From Pirellula staleyi DSM 6068 (GTDB taxonomy: Bacteria; Planctomycetota; Planctomycetia; Pirellulales; Pirellulaceae), in NCBI GenBank assembly GCA_000025185.1, contig CP001848.1:5430001-5462000 (forward strand): DNA of 32,000 nucleotides. Reading direction: 5' to 3'. Position numbers and translations under genes: made by a program. Below the pieces are notes generated by a model. It was given only the letters and a program-made list of their open reading frames with translations. It was not told the origin of the DNA and made no database searches. Below, piece by piece: positions 8,652 to 21,839 of this stretch. Positions within the stretch are counted from its first letter, which is position 1. Each line of letters starts with the position of its first letter.

Positions 8652-10778
8652 ATGCTCGGCAGCGACGTCAACCAACCACGACCCACTTCTTCACTGCGGA
8701 ATTGGATTCTCGCAGGCTTGCTTCTCGTAGGATTGGGGCTCGTCGTCAGCGGCTTTATTGCCAGCGGACCCGCCCCGACCACAGCAGCAGAAAATCGGTT
8801 TGTTGAAGAGCTGTCAGCTCCTCGTACTACCGATCGGAACGTCACGAAGGTGGTGAACGCGTTCATGAAACGCGATCACTTGTCGCAGCACCCTCTCGAC
8901 GACGAGATCGCTCGCCGCGCTTTGACGCTCTTCATCAAGAGCCTCGACACCCAGAAGCTCTACTTCTATCAAACTGACATCGACGAGTTCGCCAAGAGCC
9001 GCGATCAAATCGACGACCAAGTAAGCACTGGCGATATCTCGATCGCTTACACCATCTTTCAGCGTCTGCTGAAGCGCGTGGATGAGCGGGTCGACATGAT
9101 CGACGCTCTGCTGCAAGAGAACGTCGACTTCACCACCGACGAAGTGCTGGTGACCGATCCCGACAAAGTGAACTATCCCCGCACTCCCGACGAAGCCAAA
9201 GATCGTTGGCGCAAGCGTCTGAAGTACGACATGCTCGTGCTGCGAGCCGACAAAGAAAACAAAGAAGACGTGAAGGTGCGTCTGAAGCGTCGCTACACCA
9301 GCTTCGCTCGCCGCATGCATCAAACCGATGCCGACGAACTGCTCGAGATGTACCTGACTGCGGTGACGATGAGCTACGACCCGCACACCACTTACATGTC
9401 GCCTAATTCGTTCGAAAACTTCAAGATCATGATGCGTTTGAACCTCGATGGTATCGGGGCTCAGCTGCAGTCGATTGATGGCTACTGCGTGGTCAGCAAA
9501 GTGATTCCTGGTGGTGCCGCCGACAAGTCGGGCCAGCTCAAGGAAGAAGACAAGATCGTCTCGGTCGGCCAAGGTGCTGAAGGAGAAATGATCGATGTCA
9601 TCGACACCAAGCTCAACGATGTGGTTGACATGATCCGTGGCCGTGCGGGGACGATTGTGCGACTCGGCGTGCTGCCAGCTACTGGTGGCGAAACCAAGGT
9701 GATCAACATCACCCGCGCTAAGATCGAACTCACCGACGACTCTGCTCGTGGCGTGATCTTCGAAGAAGGCAAGAAGGAAGATGGCAGCCCCTTTAAAATC
9801 GGCGTGATCGACCTGCCTAGCTTCTACAGCGACATGGAAGGGAATCGTGCTGGCGATGTCGATTTCAAGAGCAGCACGCGCGATGTGAAGCGAATTCTCA
9901 ATGACTTCAACGCCAAAGGTGTCGACGCTTTGATTCTCGACCTCCGCCGCAACGGTGGTGGCAGCCTCAGCGAAGCAATCAGCCTCACCGGGCTGTTCAT
10001 CGATGTCGGTCCTGTGGTGCAAGTGAAGGACCCTGATGGACGGGTCGATCATCACGACGATGTCGATGCTGGCATGACCTGGAAAGGTCCGATGGTGGTG
10101 GTGACGAGCAAGTTCAGCGCATCGGCGAGCGAAATTCTCGCGGGTGCCATTCAGGACTATAAGCGTGGCCTCGTGGTGGGTGATACTTCCACCCATGGTA
10201 AAGGGACCGTGCAAAGCCTGCTCGATCTCGGCCCTCAAGTGTTCCGCGTCAACAACCCACCGAACCTCGGTGCTCTGAAAATCACAATGCAGCAGTTCTA
10301 TCGCCCCAATGGCGACAGCACCCAGTTGCGTGGTGTGCTGGCCGACGTTGTGCTCCCTTCGATCACCGACCACATGGACGTGAGCGAAGCTGATCTCGAC
10401 TACGCGATTGCGTTTGACAAAGTCCCGTCGGCCAAGTTCCAGCCCTATTCCGCTGTGAACCCCGACATGATCTCGGCTCTGCGAGCCGACTCGGCCAAAC
10501 GCCGACAAGCTTCGGAAGATTTCAGCAAACTGCTGCGAAACATCGACCGCTATGTCGAGCAAAAGACCAAGAAGGAAGTTCCCCTGAGCGAGAAGGTGTT
10601 CCAGGCTCAGCGTGAAGAGCTCGACGCTGACAAGGAAGAAGAAAAGACCTTCGAGCAGCAAGCCAACGGTCCTAAAGAAGTGGTGAAGCGCGACTTCTAC
10701 TTCAACGAAGTCATGGCTGTCACGCTCGACTACTTGCGACTGCTGGGCCAAAACAAGACGGTAGCACAGGCTCGCTAA
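8652..10778 (+). CDS. prc: Carboxy-terminal processing (tail-specific) protease, S41 family, Prc-like with PDZ domain
   Basis: It has an N-terminal signal anchor and a PDZ region (DGIGAQLQSIDGYCVVSKVIPGGAADKSGQL). The S41 core reads LILDLRRNGGGSLSEA, TSKFSASASEILAGAIQDY and THGKGTVQ. Its length and N-terminal helical region resemble E. coli Prc. Confidence 0.9.
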   Translation: MLGSDVNQPRPTSSLRNWILAGLLLVGLGLVVSGFIASGPAPTTAAENRFVEELSAPRTTDRNVTKVVNAFMKRDHLSQHPLDDEIARRALTLFIKSLDTQKLYFYQTDIDEFAKSRDQIDDQVSTGDISIAYTIFQRLLKRVDERVDMIDALLQENVDFTTDEVLVTDPDKVNYPRTPDEAKDRWRKRLKYDMLVLRADKENKEDVKVRLKRRYTSFARRMHQTDADELLEMYLTAVTMSYDPHTTYMSPNSFENFKIMMRLNLDGIGAQLQSIDGYCVVSKVIPGGAADKSGQLKEEDKIVSVGQGAEGEMIDVIDTKLNDVVDMIRGRAGTIVRLGVLPATGGETKVINITRAKIELTDDSARGVIFEEGKKEDGSPFKIGVIDLPSFYSDMEGNRAGDVDFKSSTRDVKRILNDFNAKGVDALILDLRRNGGGSLSEAISLTGLFIDVGPVVQVKDPDGRVDHHDDVDAGMTWKGPMVVVTSKFSASASEILAGAIQDYKRGLVVGDTSTHGKGTVQSLLDLGPQVFRVNNPPNLGALKITMQQFYRPNGDSTQLRGVLADVVLPSITDHMDVSEADLDYAIAFDKVPSAKFQPYSAVNPDMISALRADSAKRRQASEDFSKLLRNIDRYVEQKTKKEVPLSEKVFQAQREELDADKEEEKTFEQQANGPKEVVKRDFYFNEVMAVTLDYLRLLGQNKTVAQAR

Positions 10779-10834
10779 GAGCCGGACAGATTTCTGTCGA
10801 TCATCAGCTCTGGCCCAACGGCCAGGGCTACTAC

Positions 10835-10865
10835 GGGGCATCCTTCGCGGGATGCCCCTTTTTTA
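10835..10865 (+). terminator. Rho-independent terminator after the protease gene
   Basis: ggggcatcc (10835-10843) pairs with ggatgcccc (10850-10858) across a 6-nt loop. The stem is followed directly by TTTTTTA. Confidence 0.8.
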
Positions 10866-10908
10866 TGGCCACGATCGAGCAGCCACTCTCCTCCGCAGTC
10901 AGCCGCGT

Positions 10909-11676
10909 CTATGTCAGCGGCACGCGCATCCCGTCGTAGCCCAGCTCCATGCCGGTCGGCAGGCGATCGTTGGTTGCGGCGTACGGTAGTTCGTGCGAGA
11001 TGTGCGTGAAGATCGTCCGTTTGGGATTGAGCTTCTCTGCGACCGCCACCGCTTCGTCGAGCGAAAAATGGGTCACATGGGGGCGCGGGCGGAGCGCATC
11101 GAGCACCAGCACGTCGAGCCCTTCGAGCTTTGCCAGGTTTTCGTCGGTAATGCCGTTGGTGTCGGTGCAGTAGGCGACATTTCCAAAACGAAAGCCAAGC
11201 ACTTCAAATCGGGGACCGTGACGCAATCGAATCGGCATAAAGTGCTGTCCGAGGATCTCAAACGGCTCCACCGAGATGCTGCGGAATTCGAGCTGCGGCG
11301 CTGCTCCTTCGTGCGTGTGTGGCTTATCGGAAAATGCGTAGTCAAACGACTTACGTATCCGTGCTTCGACCTTCGCTTCGCAGTACAGCGGAACCGCATG
11401 CCCCAGATAAAACGGGAACAGCCGCAGGTCATCCAGGCCGAAAACGTGGTCGGCGTGCTCGTGGGTGAAGAGCACTGCATGGACGAGGCCAATTTTTTCC
11501 CGCAAAAGTTGCTGCCGCAGATCGGGCGGGGTGTCGATCAGGAGATTCCCTTGCTCGAGACCGAGAATCACGCTGCAGCGGGTGCGGTTGTCGCGCGGGT
11601 CTTTACTGGTGCAAACCGGACAATTACAGCCGATCGCCGGCACTCCCACGCTGGTTCCCGTCCCCAGAATGATCAT
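10909..11676 (-). CDS. MBL-fold metallo-hydrolase, PhnP-like
   Basis: The N-terminus MIILGTGTSVGVPAIGCNCPVC is PhnP-like with a Cys cluster. The H-x-H-x-D-H motif appears in LFTHEHADHVFG. The listed ORF extends to GTG 11796, but the extra 40 aa are Pro/Arg-rich and look non-coding. ATG at 11676 gives the family-typical N-terminus. Confidence 0.8.
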   Translation of the reverse strand: MIILGTGTSVGVPAIGCNCPVCTSKDPRDNRTRCSVILGLEQGNLLIDTPPDLRQQLLREKIGLVHAVLFTHEHADHVFGLDDLRLFPFYLGHAVPLYCEAKVEARIRKSFDYAFSDKPHTHEGAAPQLEFRSISVEPFEILGQHFMPIRLRHGPRFEVLGFRFGNVAYCTDTNGITDENLAKLEGLDVLVLDALRPRPHVTHFSLDEAVAVAEKLNPKRTIFTHISHELPYAATNDRLPTGMELGYDGMRVPLT

Positions 11677-12250
11677 CTGGCCCCGAAAATCTGGAAATGC
11701 ATTGCCCGGGGTCAAAGGAGGGGTCTTTCGCTGGATGGGGAGCCTGGGAGCTGTCCGTGGGTACCTAAATTTAGCTACTGGACCACCTTGCCACACTCAG
11801 TTGTCAGTGACAAGCAGGGGAACTTTCCTCGAAAATGAAGCCAAACCCGTGTTTTTTCGATCTCTGCCCAGCCGCCGAACCTCAATTGACCAAAATCGCC
11901 CATCGCAATAAACTTTTATGGCTATGCAGGTTGCGCCTGTGGCAAGGGACTGCTGCGAACGGTTTTCTGAATCCCTGGCGAGGCTCGGCGAATAATCCTA
12001 CGGGGTCGCCGCTAGTCCGCCACGCTGTTGTTCGCCCATTCTCAGGCCTCAGGATGTCGCGTTATCCACGTCACAGCCCCAGTTGCTCCGTGCACTGAAG
12101 GCTGGGTGCGGCGGTACGAAGCGTCCCCCGGAAATTTGCGGTCACGAAAGAAAACGACATTCGGCTCGCGAAACTTGTTCGCAGCCCGAGCGTTTTCCGC
12201 GATGGCAGCAGATCCTTCCCCTATCTCACTGAAGACAAAAGCTAATTGCA

Positions 12251-15955
<3,705 letters not shown>

Positions 15956-16051
15956 ATCTCGCTGTGGTGAAGCTTGCAAATGCTCCCCGTGATGTGAAAG
16001 TTGCATCACCGGGAGCTCTCCCACCTGCGAGCGCGGAGTAAGGATACCCGC

Positions 16052-17380
16052 ATGCCGTACCTCTTGAACGTCCTCTACCTCGCGGTGATCGCTCTCGCGT
16101 CGCCGTATCTCCTTTGGCATTCGTTTCGCAGCGGCAAGTATCGCGAAGGATTCTACGAGAAGCTGCTCGGGCTCGTGCCTCGGCGCGAATCGCGGCATCG
16201 CTGTCTCTGGCTCCACGCGGTGAGTGTCGGCGAAGTGAATCTGCTGATGCCAATTGTCGAGCGCTGGGAGCGTCTGCATCCCGACTGGGAGATTGTGATC
16301 TCGACGACCACTGCGACAGGCTTTGCGCTAGCCCACAAACGCTACGCACCTCGAATGGTCTTCTACTGCCCCCTCGATTTCACCTGGTCGACCGCTCAGG
16401 CGATGCATCGCATTCGTCCCGACTTGCTGGTCCTGACGGAACTCGAGCTTTGGCCCAACCTGATTCGTGCCGCGCGACGTTCGGGGGTGAAGGTGGCGGT
16501 GATCAACGGCCGCCTGAGTGAAAAGAGCTTCCGGGGCTACAGCCGCGTGAAACGGTTCTTGGCCAGCACGTTGCAATCGATCGACACCATCGCAGCGCAA
16601 AACGAAGAGTATGCCAGTCGCTTTCGCGCGCTCGGGGCGAACGGCGAGCGTGTCTGCGTAACCGGCTCGATCAAGTTCGATGGAGCGCAGCTATCGCGCG
16701 AGAATCCGCGCACGCAGTCACTCGCTCGATTGGCTGGCATCACTGCCGGTGATCACGTTTTCCTGGCTGGAAGCACCCAAGCTCCCGAAGAAGAGATCGC
16801 CACGAGCATCTACCTGCGACTTCGCGAGTCGTCGCCGCAGCTGAAGCTGATTCTGGTCCCTCGACATCCCGAGCGTTTTGAAGAGGTCGCCCGCATGCTC
16901 ACCGCGCGCGGCGTGGAGTTCGTGCGGCGCAGCCAACTCGATCCAGCCTCGAGCAAGTTGTCGCTCGCGCGGCGAGAGTTGCCAGCACCACGCGTGATTC
17001 TGGTGGATGCCGTGGGAGAGCTGGGAAGTTGGTGGGGAACCGCACGCGCGGCGTTTGTCGGTGGCAGCCTTGGCAAACGAGGTGGTCAGAACATGATTGA
17101 ACCAGCCGCCTACGGCTGCGCGGTTGCGTTTGGCCCCAACACCTGGAATTTTCGTGACGTCGTCTCCGAAATGCTGGCGCACGATGCCGCAGTGGTGGTG
17201 CAAAACGAGGCAGAACTCGATGCGTTCGTACAGCGCACGATTCTTGAACCAGGCTTTGCTGCAGAGATTGGGGCTCGCGCACATGCGCTCGTGAAACGGC
17301 AAGTCGGAGCAGCCGATCGCACCATTGGACTGCTCGAATCGCTGATCCTGCCCAATGGCTCGACGGCGCGGGCCGCTTAG
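16052..17380 (+). CDS. waaA: 3-deoxy-D-manno-octulosonic acid (Kdo) transferase
   Basis: LWLHAVSVGEVNLLMPIV, ELELWPNLI, AAQNEEYASRF and VTGSIKFD match the WaaA/KdtA signature blocks. ATG at 16052 is preceded by GGAG/AAGGA. The listed ORF start at 16001 adds 17 unlikely residues. Confidence 0.9.
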   Translation: MPYLLNVLYLAVIALASPYLLWHSFRSGKYREGFYEKLLGLVPRRESRHRCLWLHAVSVGEVNLLMPIVERWERLHPDWEIVISTTTATGFALAHKRYAPRMVFYCPLDFTWSTAQAMHRIRPDLLVLTELELWPNLIRAARRSGVKVAVINGRLSEKSFRGYSRVKRFLASTLQSIDTIAAQNEEYASRFRALGANGERVCVTGSIKFDGAQLSRENPRTQSLARLAGITAGDHVFLAGSTQAPEEEIATSIYLRLRESSPQLKLILVPRHPERFEEVARMLTARGVEFVRRSQLDPASSKLSLARRELPAPRVILVDAVGELGSWWGTARAAFVGGSLGKRGGQNMIEPAAYGCAVAFGPNTWNFRDVVSEMLAHDAAVVVQNEAELDAFVQRTILEPGFAAEIGARAHALVKRQVGAADRTIGLLESLILPNGSTARAA

Positions 17381-17399
17381 TGCGACGAGGCTCGCAGCC

Positions 17400-18293
17400 T
17401 CACTGACCGCCTCCGGTCCAGTCGCCCCCAGCCGGTGTAACCATCGCCTCGATCGATTCGACCGGAATATCTTGCGGCAGAAATTTTACACTTCCATCGG
17501 CCATCGCCGCCTGCATTCCCCCCGGATGATTCCCCCCGAGATCGACACCTTGCTTCAGGTTAGCGACCCCGAACACAAGATCGCGCGGCTCGCTCCAAAC
17601 GACTCCGGTTTCTTTCGCTTCGACAAACAAAATCGTCTCGTCGGTGGCATCGAGAATTTCGGAAATCGATTTCGATTTACCGGGTGGAAACAGGCTGTTG
17701 TTGCCAGTGACCACCAAGTAGCTGGTGTGGAACTGAAATCGCGAATTCTCGTCCGAGGGAGAGTTAAACACCGCTGGCATACGGCTCACGAGGCTCATAT
17801 TTTTGGGCGAGTCCCACGGCTCCTGGAGCCTGAATTCGGTGTGCAATTGCTCCCCCTCAGGTCCCAGATACGGCAGAATCAGCACCCGCCAGCTGTAGAG
17901 CGGTGTTCCCGCTTTATCGGTGACCGTGGCGGGGGGAAACGCTTGATACTCGCGGTGATACTGCAGCAAAGCGCCAGCGATCGCTTGCATGTTCATCTCG
18001 CACTGCGACCGTCGGGCCTCGGCCTGCGCCACTTGCACCATCGGAATCACGAGGAATGTGATTCCTGCTCCGAGGGTAGCCAGTACCAGGAGACAGCAGA
18101 GAGTGATGACGCCGTAGAGCATCCACGAACTGTTCACGGCGCTTGCGCGGGATGGAGCCGCCCGGTAGTCGCGCGGGATAAGTGGCACCACGATCTCTCG
18201 CGTGCAACCGATGCAGGGTCCACGATGCCCGGCAAACTGATCTTCCACCAGCGTGGTGGTTCCACAGTGCGGGCAGGAGAACTCGAGGGGCAT
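17400..18293 (-). CDS. Zinc-ribbon / TM-anchored DUF1559-like protein with H-X9-DG motif (no prepilin leader)
   Basis: The N-terminus is CPHCG-x17-CIGC, followed by a TM helix (WMLYGVITLCCLLVLATLGAGITFLVIPMV). DUF1559-like blocks follow: AEARRSQCEMNMQAIAGALLQYH, SWRVLILPYL and HPGGMQAAMADGSVKFL (H-X9-DG). Confidence 0.8.
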   Translation of the reverse strand: MPLEFSCPHCGTTTLVEDQFAGHRGPCIGCTREIVVPLIPRDYRAAPSRASAVNSSWMLYGVITLCCLLVLATLGAGITFLVIPMVQVAQAEARRSQCEMNMQAIAGALLQYHREYQAFPPATVTDKAGTPLYSWRVLILPYLGPEGEQLHTEFRLQEPWDSPKNMSLVSRMPAVFNSPSDENSRFQFHTSYLVVTGNNSLFPPGKSKSISEILDATDETILFVEAKETGVVWSEPRDLVFGVANLKQGVDLGGNHPGGMQAAMADGSVKFLPQDIPVESIEAMVTPAGGDWTGGGQ

Positions 18294-18395
18294 AGCTCGA
18301 AACTCCCGAGCAGGTTTGATGGCAGCGGCCTGAAGTGGCCCATCGACGAGTTGTTCGACGAGGGGGTTTATTGTGCCTGACTTTGCAGCTGCGCG

Positions 18396-19049
18396 TCAAA
18401 CTTTACCGCTGCGGAACTTCGCGACTTCTTCGACATACTGACGCGCGAGCGATTCGATCTGCTTATAGTCGCCAGCGGCGACCGCCTTGGGATCGACCAT
18501 CGAGCCGCCAATGCCGAGTGCACAGGCCCCCGCTTTGAGAAATTCCCCCGCTGTCTGCAAATTGACTCCACCGGTCGGCATCAGGCGAATATGAGGAAAA
18601 GGACCATGCAGCGCTTTCAGGTATTTGGGACCGGTGATCTCCGAGGGGAAAATCTTCACGACATCGGCGCCGGCCTGCCAGGCGGTTAAGACTTCGGTGG
18701 GAGTGAGTGCTCCCGGAAGAATCATTTTGCTGTAGCGTTTGCACATCTCGATCACCTGCGTATTGACGGCTGGCGATACGATGAACTCTGCCCCCGAGAG
18801 AATGGCCGCGCGAGCAGTTTCGGTATCGAGGACCGTCCCAGCTCCGAGCAGAATCTTGTTTCCCAGCCGAGTGGCCACCTTCTCGAGCACCTGATGAGCT
18901 TTGGGGACCGTGAAGGTCACTTCCATTACCTCGACCCCACCTGCCACGAGCGCCTCGGCCACGTCGGCCAGTTTGTCGCCATTGTCGGCACGGATGACAG
19001 CGACGATGCAGCGGTTCAGGAGTCGATCGAGAGGTGCCTCAGTAGCCAT
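18396..19049 (-). CDS. eda: KDPG / 4-hydroxy-2-oxoglutarate aldolase
   Basis: It is collinear with E. coli Eda: VAVIRAD, GGVEVMEVTFTVP, GAGTVLD, GAEFIVSP, PGALTPTE, GADVVKIFP, MPTGGV and GIGGSMV. Confidence 0.92.
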   Translation of the reverse strand: MATEAPLDRLLNRCIVAVIRADNGDKLADVAEALVAGGVEVMEVTFTVPKAHQVLEKVATRLGNKILLGAGTVLDTETARAAILSGAEFIVSPAVNTQVIEMCKRYSKMILPGALTPTEVLTAWQAGADVVKIFPSEITGPKYLKALHGPFPHIRLMPTGGVNLQTAGEFLKAGACALGIGGSMVDPKAVAAGDYKQIESLARQYVEEVAKFRSGKV

Positions 19050-19818
19050 GGAAAGGATGGTCCTGTGGAAGGTTGTAGCGGGAAATTGTCAGCAGAGTCT
19101 TAGCAGCGAGGATTGTAGTAGGAAAACGCGCGTCGCGCCGATGCGGGGCAGAGGGAGCGACTCGCTGAAAGCAGTTCCAGCTACGGCTGGCAAGATTCTC
19201 GAATCCCGGCGAACCATCCCGGGGGAGAGGTCGTAAGAAGGGGGTAATCAAGCTGCGAGCCAAAGGCCGAATGCTCGGTCCGGAACATTCGACCTAAAGC
19301 TCTTCAGCGTTGGCAGTTACGATCGAAGACCAGGTGTGTAAGACAGTCCTTATCCCCTGCGGTTGTAACTGCCTACCGATTCACAAGTGAGGCTGGTTTT
19401 CGGAGTGAGCTTCTCGGCCAAAGCGACGTTTGGCGGGATGCTGTCGCTCGAAGAACCGCCGCACTTTGGAAATCGGACCAAACAAGTGTGGCTGACGCGG
19501 CCTGGCACAGGCAATCTCCCTTACAAGAGTTGCCAGCGATGCCTCAAAGTCGAGAACGGCGGCTGAAAGTCGCAAATTCGACCTTGCCGCTTACGGAGTC
19601 TTTTTCGCCGGTGTAGGGGTGATCGGAAGTCCGGTCTCACGACACTGGCGCAGGGATGCATCGGCACTGGTTTCTATGACCATGCCGCACGTTGGGAGAG
19701 AATGCCGAGGAGCACGCTCGTAGCGGGTCCGTAAACTGGACTCACAACCACGACTGTGCATAATAATTGGATCATCCAGTGGCGATTATCCACCTCACGT
19801 CCTCTCCCAGACCTTTAC

Positions 19819-20085
19819 ATGCTCGCCCAAGCCTCGAGCGACACCCTGTATCAAGCTGGCCTGTGGATCTCGATCCTGGTGGCCGTGGTCGCAATTGCAG
19901 CCTTCGTTGTGCGAAGGTTTCGCGATAGCAACGCCGGGGTGGGGGAGTCGACCGGTTCGCTGCTGTCGAAGTTCCAAGAAGTGCGGCAGGAAGGTGACAT
20001 CAGCGAGGCAGAATTCCGAAAGATAAAAGCGGTGCTGGGAGGCCAGCTCCGTTCCGAGGTAAAGGAAACCAAAGACAAGGGTTAA
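19819..20085 (+). CDS. Small single-pass membrane protein with C-terminal SHOCT-like domain (88 aa)
   Basis: A TM helix (LWISILVAVVAIAAFVV) is followed by LSKFQEVRQEGDISEAEFRKIKAVL, which fits the SHOCT pattern (G-h-I-[ST]-x-x-E-F-x-x-x-K-x-x-L). ATG at 19819 is preferred over the listed 19756 start. Confidence 0.6.
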   Translation: MLAQASSDTLYQAGLWISILVAVVAIAAFVVRRFRDSNAGVGESTGSLLSKFQEVRQEGDISEAEFRKIKAVLGGQLRSEVKETKDKG

Positions 20086-20142
20086 GACACTTACGACAGG
20101 TTGTAGAGAACAACCGGTTTGCGAGTGTTGCGAAGAAGTAAT

Positions 20143-20179
20143 GCAGAAAGTCCCGTAGGATGACTTCGGGAGTTTCTGC
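20143..20179 (+). other. Hairpin in the spacer between the SHOCT gene and clpX
   Basis: gcagaaa-g-tcccg pairs with cggga-g-tttctgc, giving 7+5 bp with one G/G mismatch and an 11-nt loop. There is no U-tract, so it is not a canonical terminator. Its function is unknown. Confidence 0.35.
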
Positions 20180-20414
20180 CGCTTAAGCAGTTTGGCTCTT
20201 GAGAAGGATTGTCACGAACCTCGGGATTCGGCCTGGGAGGCCGATCGCACCGATCCTGTAGAACGCAACGACAGCTCGACGAATTGCGGACAAGGATGCC
20301 CCGTCAGGCCATCGCGGATGAGTAGTCGCGCGAGCCTTCGAGCAGCACCTAAAGAATGACTGATTTCAGAAACTGGCTTCGGGAGCTAGTGACTGAACCG
20401 CGAAAGGAGTGAGT

Positions 20415-21701
20415 ATGCCCGCAGGTAAGGACCTCAGCGGAGGGCGTCGTGGCACGAGCACCACGAAGAAAAATGCCTTCTGCTCCTTCTGTCGCAAGAG
20501 CTATCGCGATGTTGGCCCGCTGGTCGAAGGACCTGGCGACGTCTACATCTGTGGCGAGTGCATCGAGCTGTGTCAAAGCATCCTCGAACAAGAACAGCGT
20601 CGACGTGGCAGTACCAAGCCACTTTTTAACCGCATCCCAACGCCTCGAGAAATCGTGGCTCACCTCGACCAATATGTCGTGGGACAAATGGGGAGCAAAC
20701 GAGTCCTTTCGGTCGCCATGCACAACCACTACAAACGGTTGTCGCTCGGATTCGAAGGCTCGGAAGTCGAAATCGAAAAATCGAACATCCTGATGGTCGG
20801 TCCCACCGGTTCGGGCAAAACGCTGCTCGCTCGGACGTTGGCACGCATCATGAACGTTCCTTTTGCCATCGGCGACGCGACGACCCTCACCGAAGCGGGC
20901 TATGTCGGTGAAGATGTCGAAAACCTCCTCCTGAAACTTTTACACGCTGCCGACTTCGATCTCGAAGCTGCTCAGCGTGGCGTGCTCTACATCGACGAAA
21001 TCGACAAGATTGGCAAGACGAGCCAAAATGTGTCGATCACCCGCGATGTGTCGGGCGAAGGGGTGCAGCAAGCACTCCTGAAGATGCTCGAGGGAACTGT
21101 GGCGAATGTTCCACCGCAGGGTGGTCGCAAACATCCCGAACAGCAGTACATCCAAATGGACACGACCAACATCCTGTTCATTTGCGGCGGTACGTTCGTC
21201 GGACTTGAGGACATCATTCGCAAACGCCTCGGTCGCAAGACCCTCGGGTTTGGTCAGATGACCGGTCATAGCGACGAAGCGACCACGAGCGAAATTCTGG
21301 GGCAAGCCACGACCGAAGATATCTTGGAATTTGGTCTGATTCCGGAACTCGTGGGTCGTTTGCCAGTGCTCACTTCACTTCGTCCGCTCGATCATGCGGG
21401 CCTCGTGAAAGTGCTCACCGAGCCGAAGAACGCGCTCCTGCGTCAGTATCAAACGCTGTTCGAAATGGAAGACTCGCACCTCGAATTCTCGCAAGGTGCT
21501 CTCGAGGCTATCGCTCGCCGCGCCCTCGAGAAAGGGACTGGTGCCCGTGGTCTCCGTTCGATCGTCGAAGAGGCTATGGTCGATATCATGTTCGAGCTTC
21601 CTGACCAACCGAAGGGAAGCAAGTTTGTGATCGATGAAGAGGTGATCCTTGGTCGCCGCAAACTCTTCCCGATGCAGGAACCCATCTCGAAGAGTGCTTG
21701 A
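20415..21701 (+). CDS. clpX: ATP-dependent Clp protease ATP-binding subunit ClpX
   Basis: The N-terminal zinc finger is [31 protein letters not shown]. Walker A is [11 protein letters not shown] and Walker B is [10 protein letters not shown]. The pore-loop region reads [18 protein letters not shown], and GARGLR is also present. AAGGAG lies 5 nt upstream of ATG 20415; the listed GTG at 20409 overlaps the SD. Confidence 0.97.
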   Translation: MPAGKDLSGGRRGTSTTKKNAFCSFCRKSYRDVGPLVEGPGDVYICGECIELCQSILEQEQRRRGSTKPLFNRIPTPREIVAHLDQYVVGQMGSKRVLSVAMHNHYKRLSLGFEGSEVEIEKSNILMVGPTGSGKTLLARTLARIMNVPFAIGDATTLTEAGYVGEDVENLLLKLLHAADFDLEAAQRGVLYIDEIDKIGKTSQNVSITRDVSGEGVQQALLKMLEGTVANVPPQGGRKHPEQQYIQMDTTNILFICGGTFVGLEDIIRKRLGRKTLGFGQMTGHSDEATTSEILGQATTEDILEFGLIPELVGRLPVLTSLRPLDHAGLVKVLTEPKNALLRQYQTLFEMEDSHLEFSQGALEAIARRALEKGTGARGLRSIVEEAMVDIMFELPDQPKGSKFVIDEEVILGRRKLFPMQEPISKSA

Positions 21702-21789
21702 GCTTGAGAATGGAAGGTTGAGTGGGAAGTCTGGTTTTGCAACTTGGTATTTGAAATCGCGGAGACCTGATTAACCGCCGCAGAAGAGT

Positions 21790-21828
21790 CTGATTGCGAA
21801 GAGGAAAGTCCGGCCGCTTCGCAATCAG
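21790..21828 (+). other. Perfect 12-bp hairpin with 15-nt loop downstream of clpX
   Basis: ctgattgcgaag (21790-21801) pairs with cttcgcaatcag (21817-21828). The loop is aggaaagtccggccg. No U-tract follows. It sits 11 nt before the ATG of the 21840 ORF. Confidence 0.5.
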
Positions 21829-21839
21829 GTGCACTGGAA

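Noticed and set aside
15956-16051. An imperfect hairpin (ccccgtgatg...catcaccggg) between secA and waaA, considered as a possible terminator.
   Set aside because: The stem is interrupted and no U-tract follows. secA and waaA may simply be co-transcribed or separated by a rho-dependent site.
19312-19373. A 9-bp perfect (11/12 extended) inverted repeat, ggcagttac ... gtaactgcc, separated by 44 nt.
   Set aside because: It is within chance expectation for this window size and loop range, and I could not build a further supporting structure.
21801-21813. GAGGAAAGTCCGG, identical to the start of the universally conserved P4 segment of bacterial RNase P RNA.
   Set aside because: The 13-mer sits in the loop of a local perfect hairpin. 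I cannot find the other conserved RNase P blocks in the flanking 500 nt (GGGTGAAA-type J11/12 region, ACAGAACCCGGCTTA 3' P4 strand, P1 pairing). It is most likely coincidence. An Infernal scan with the RNase P models would settle it.
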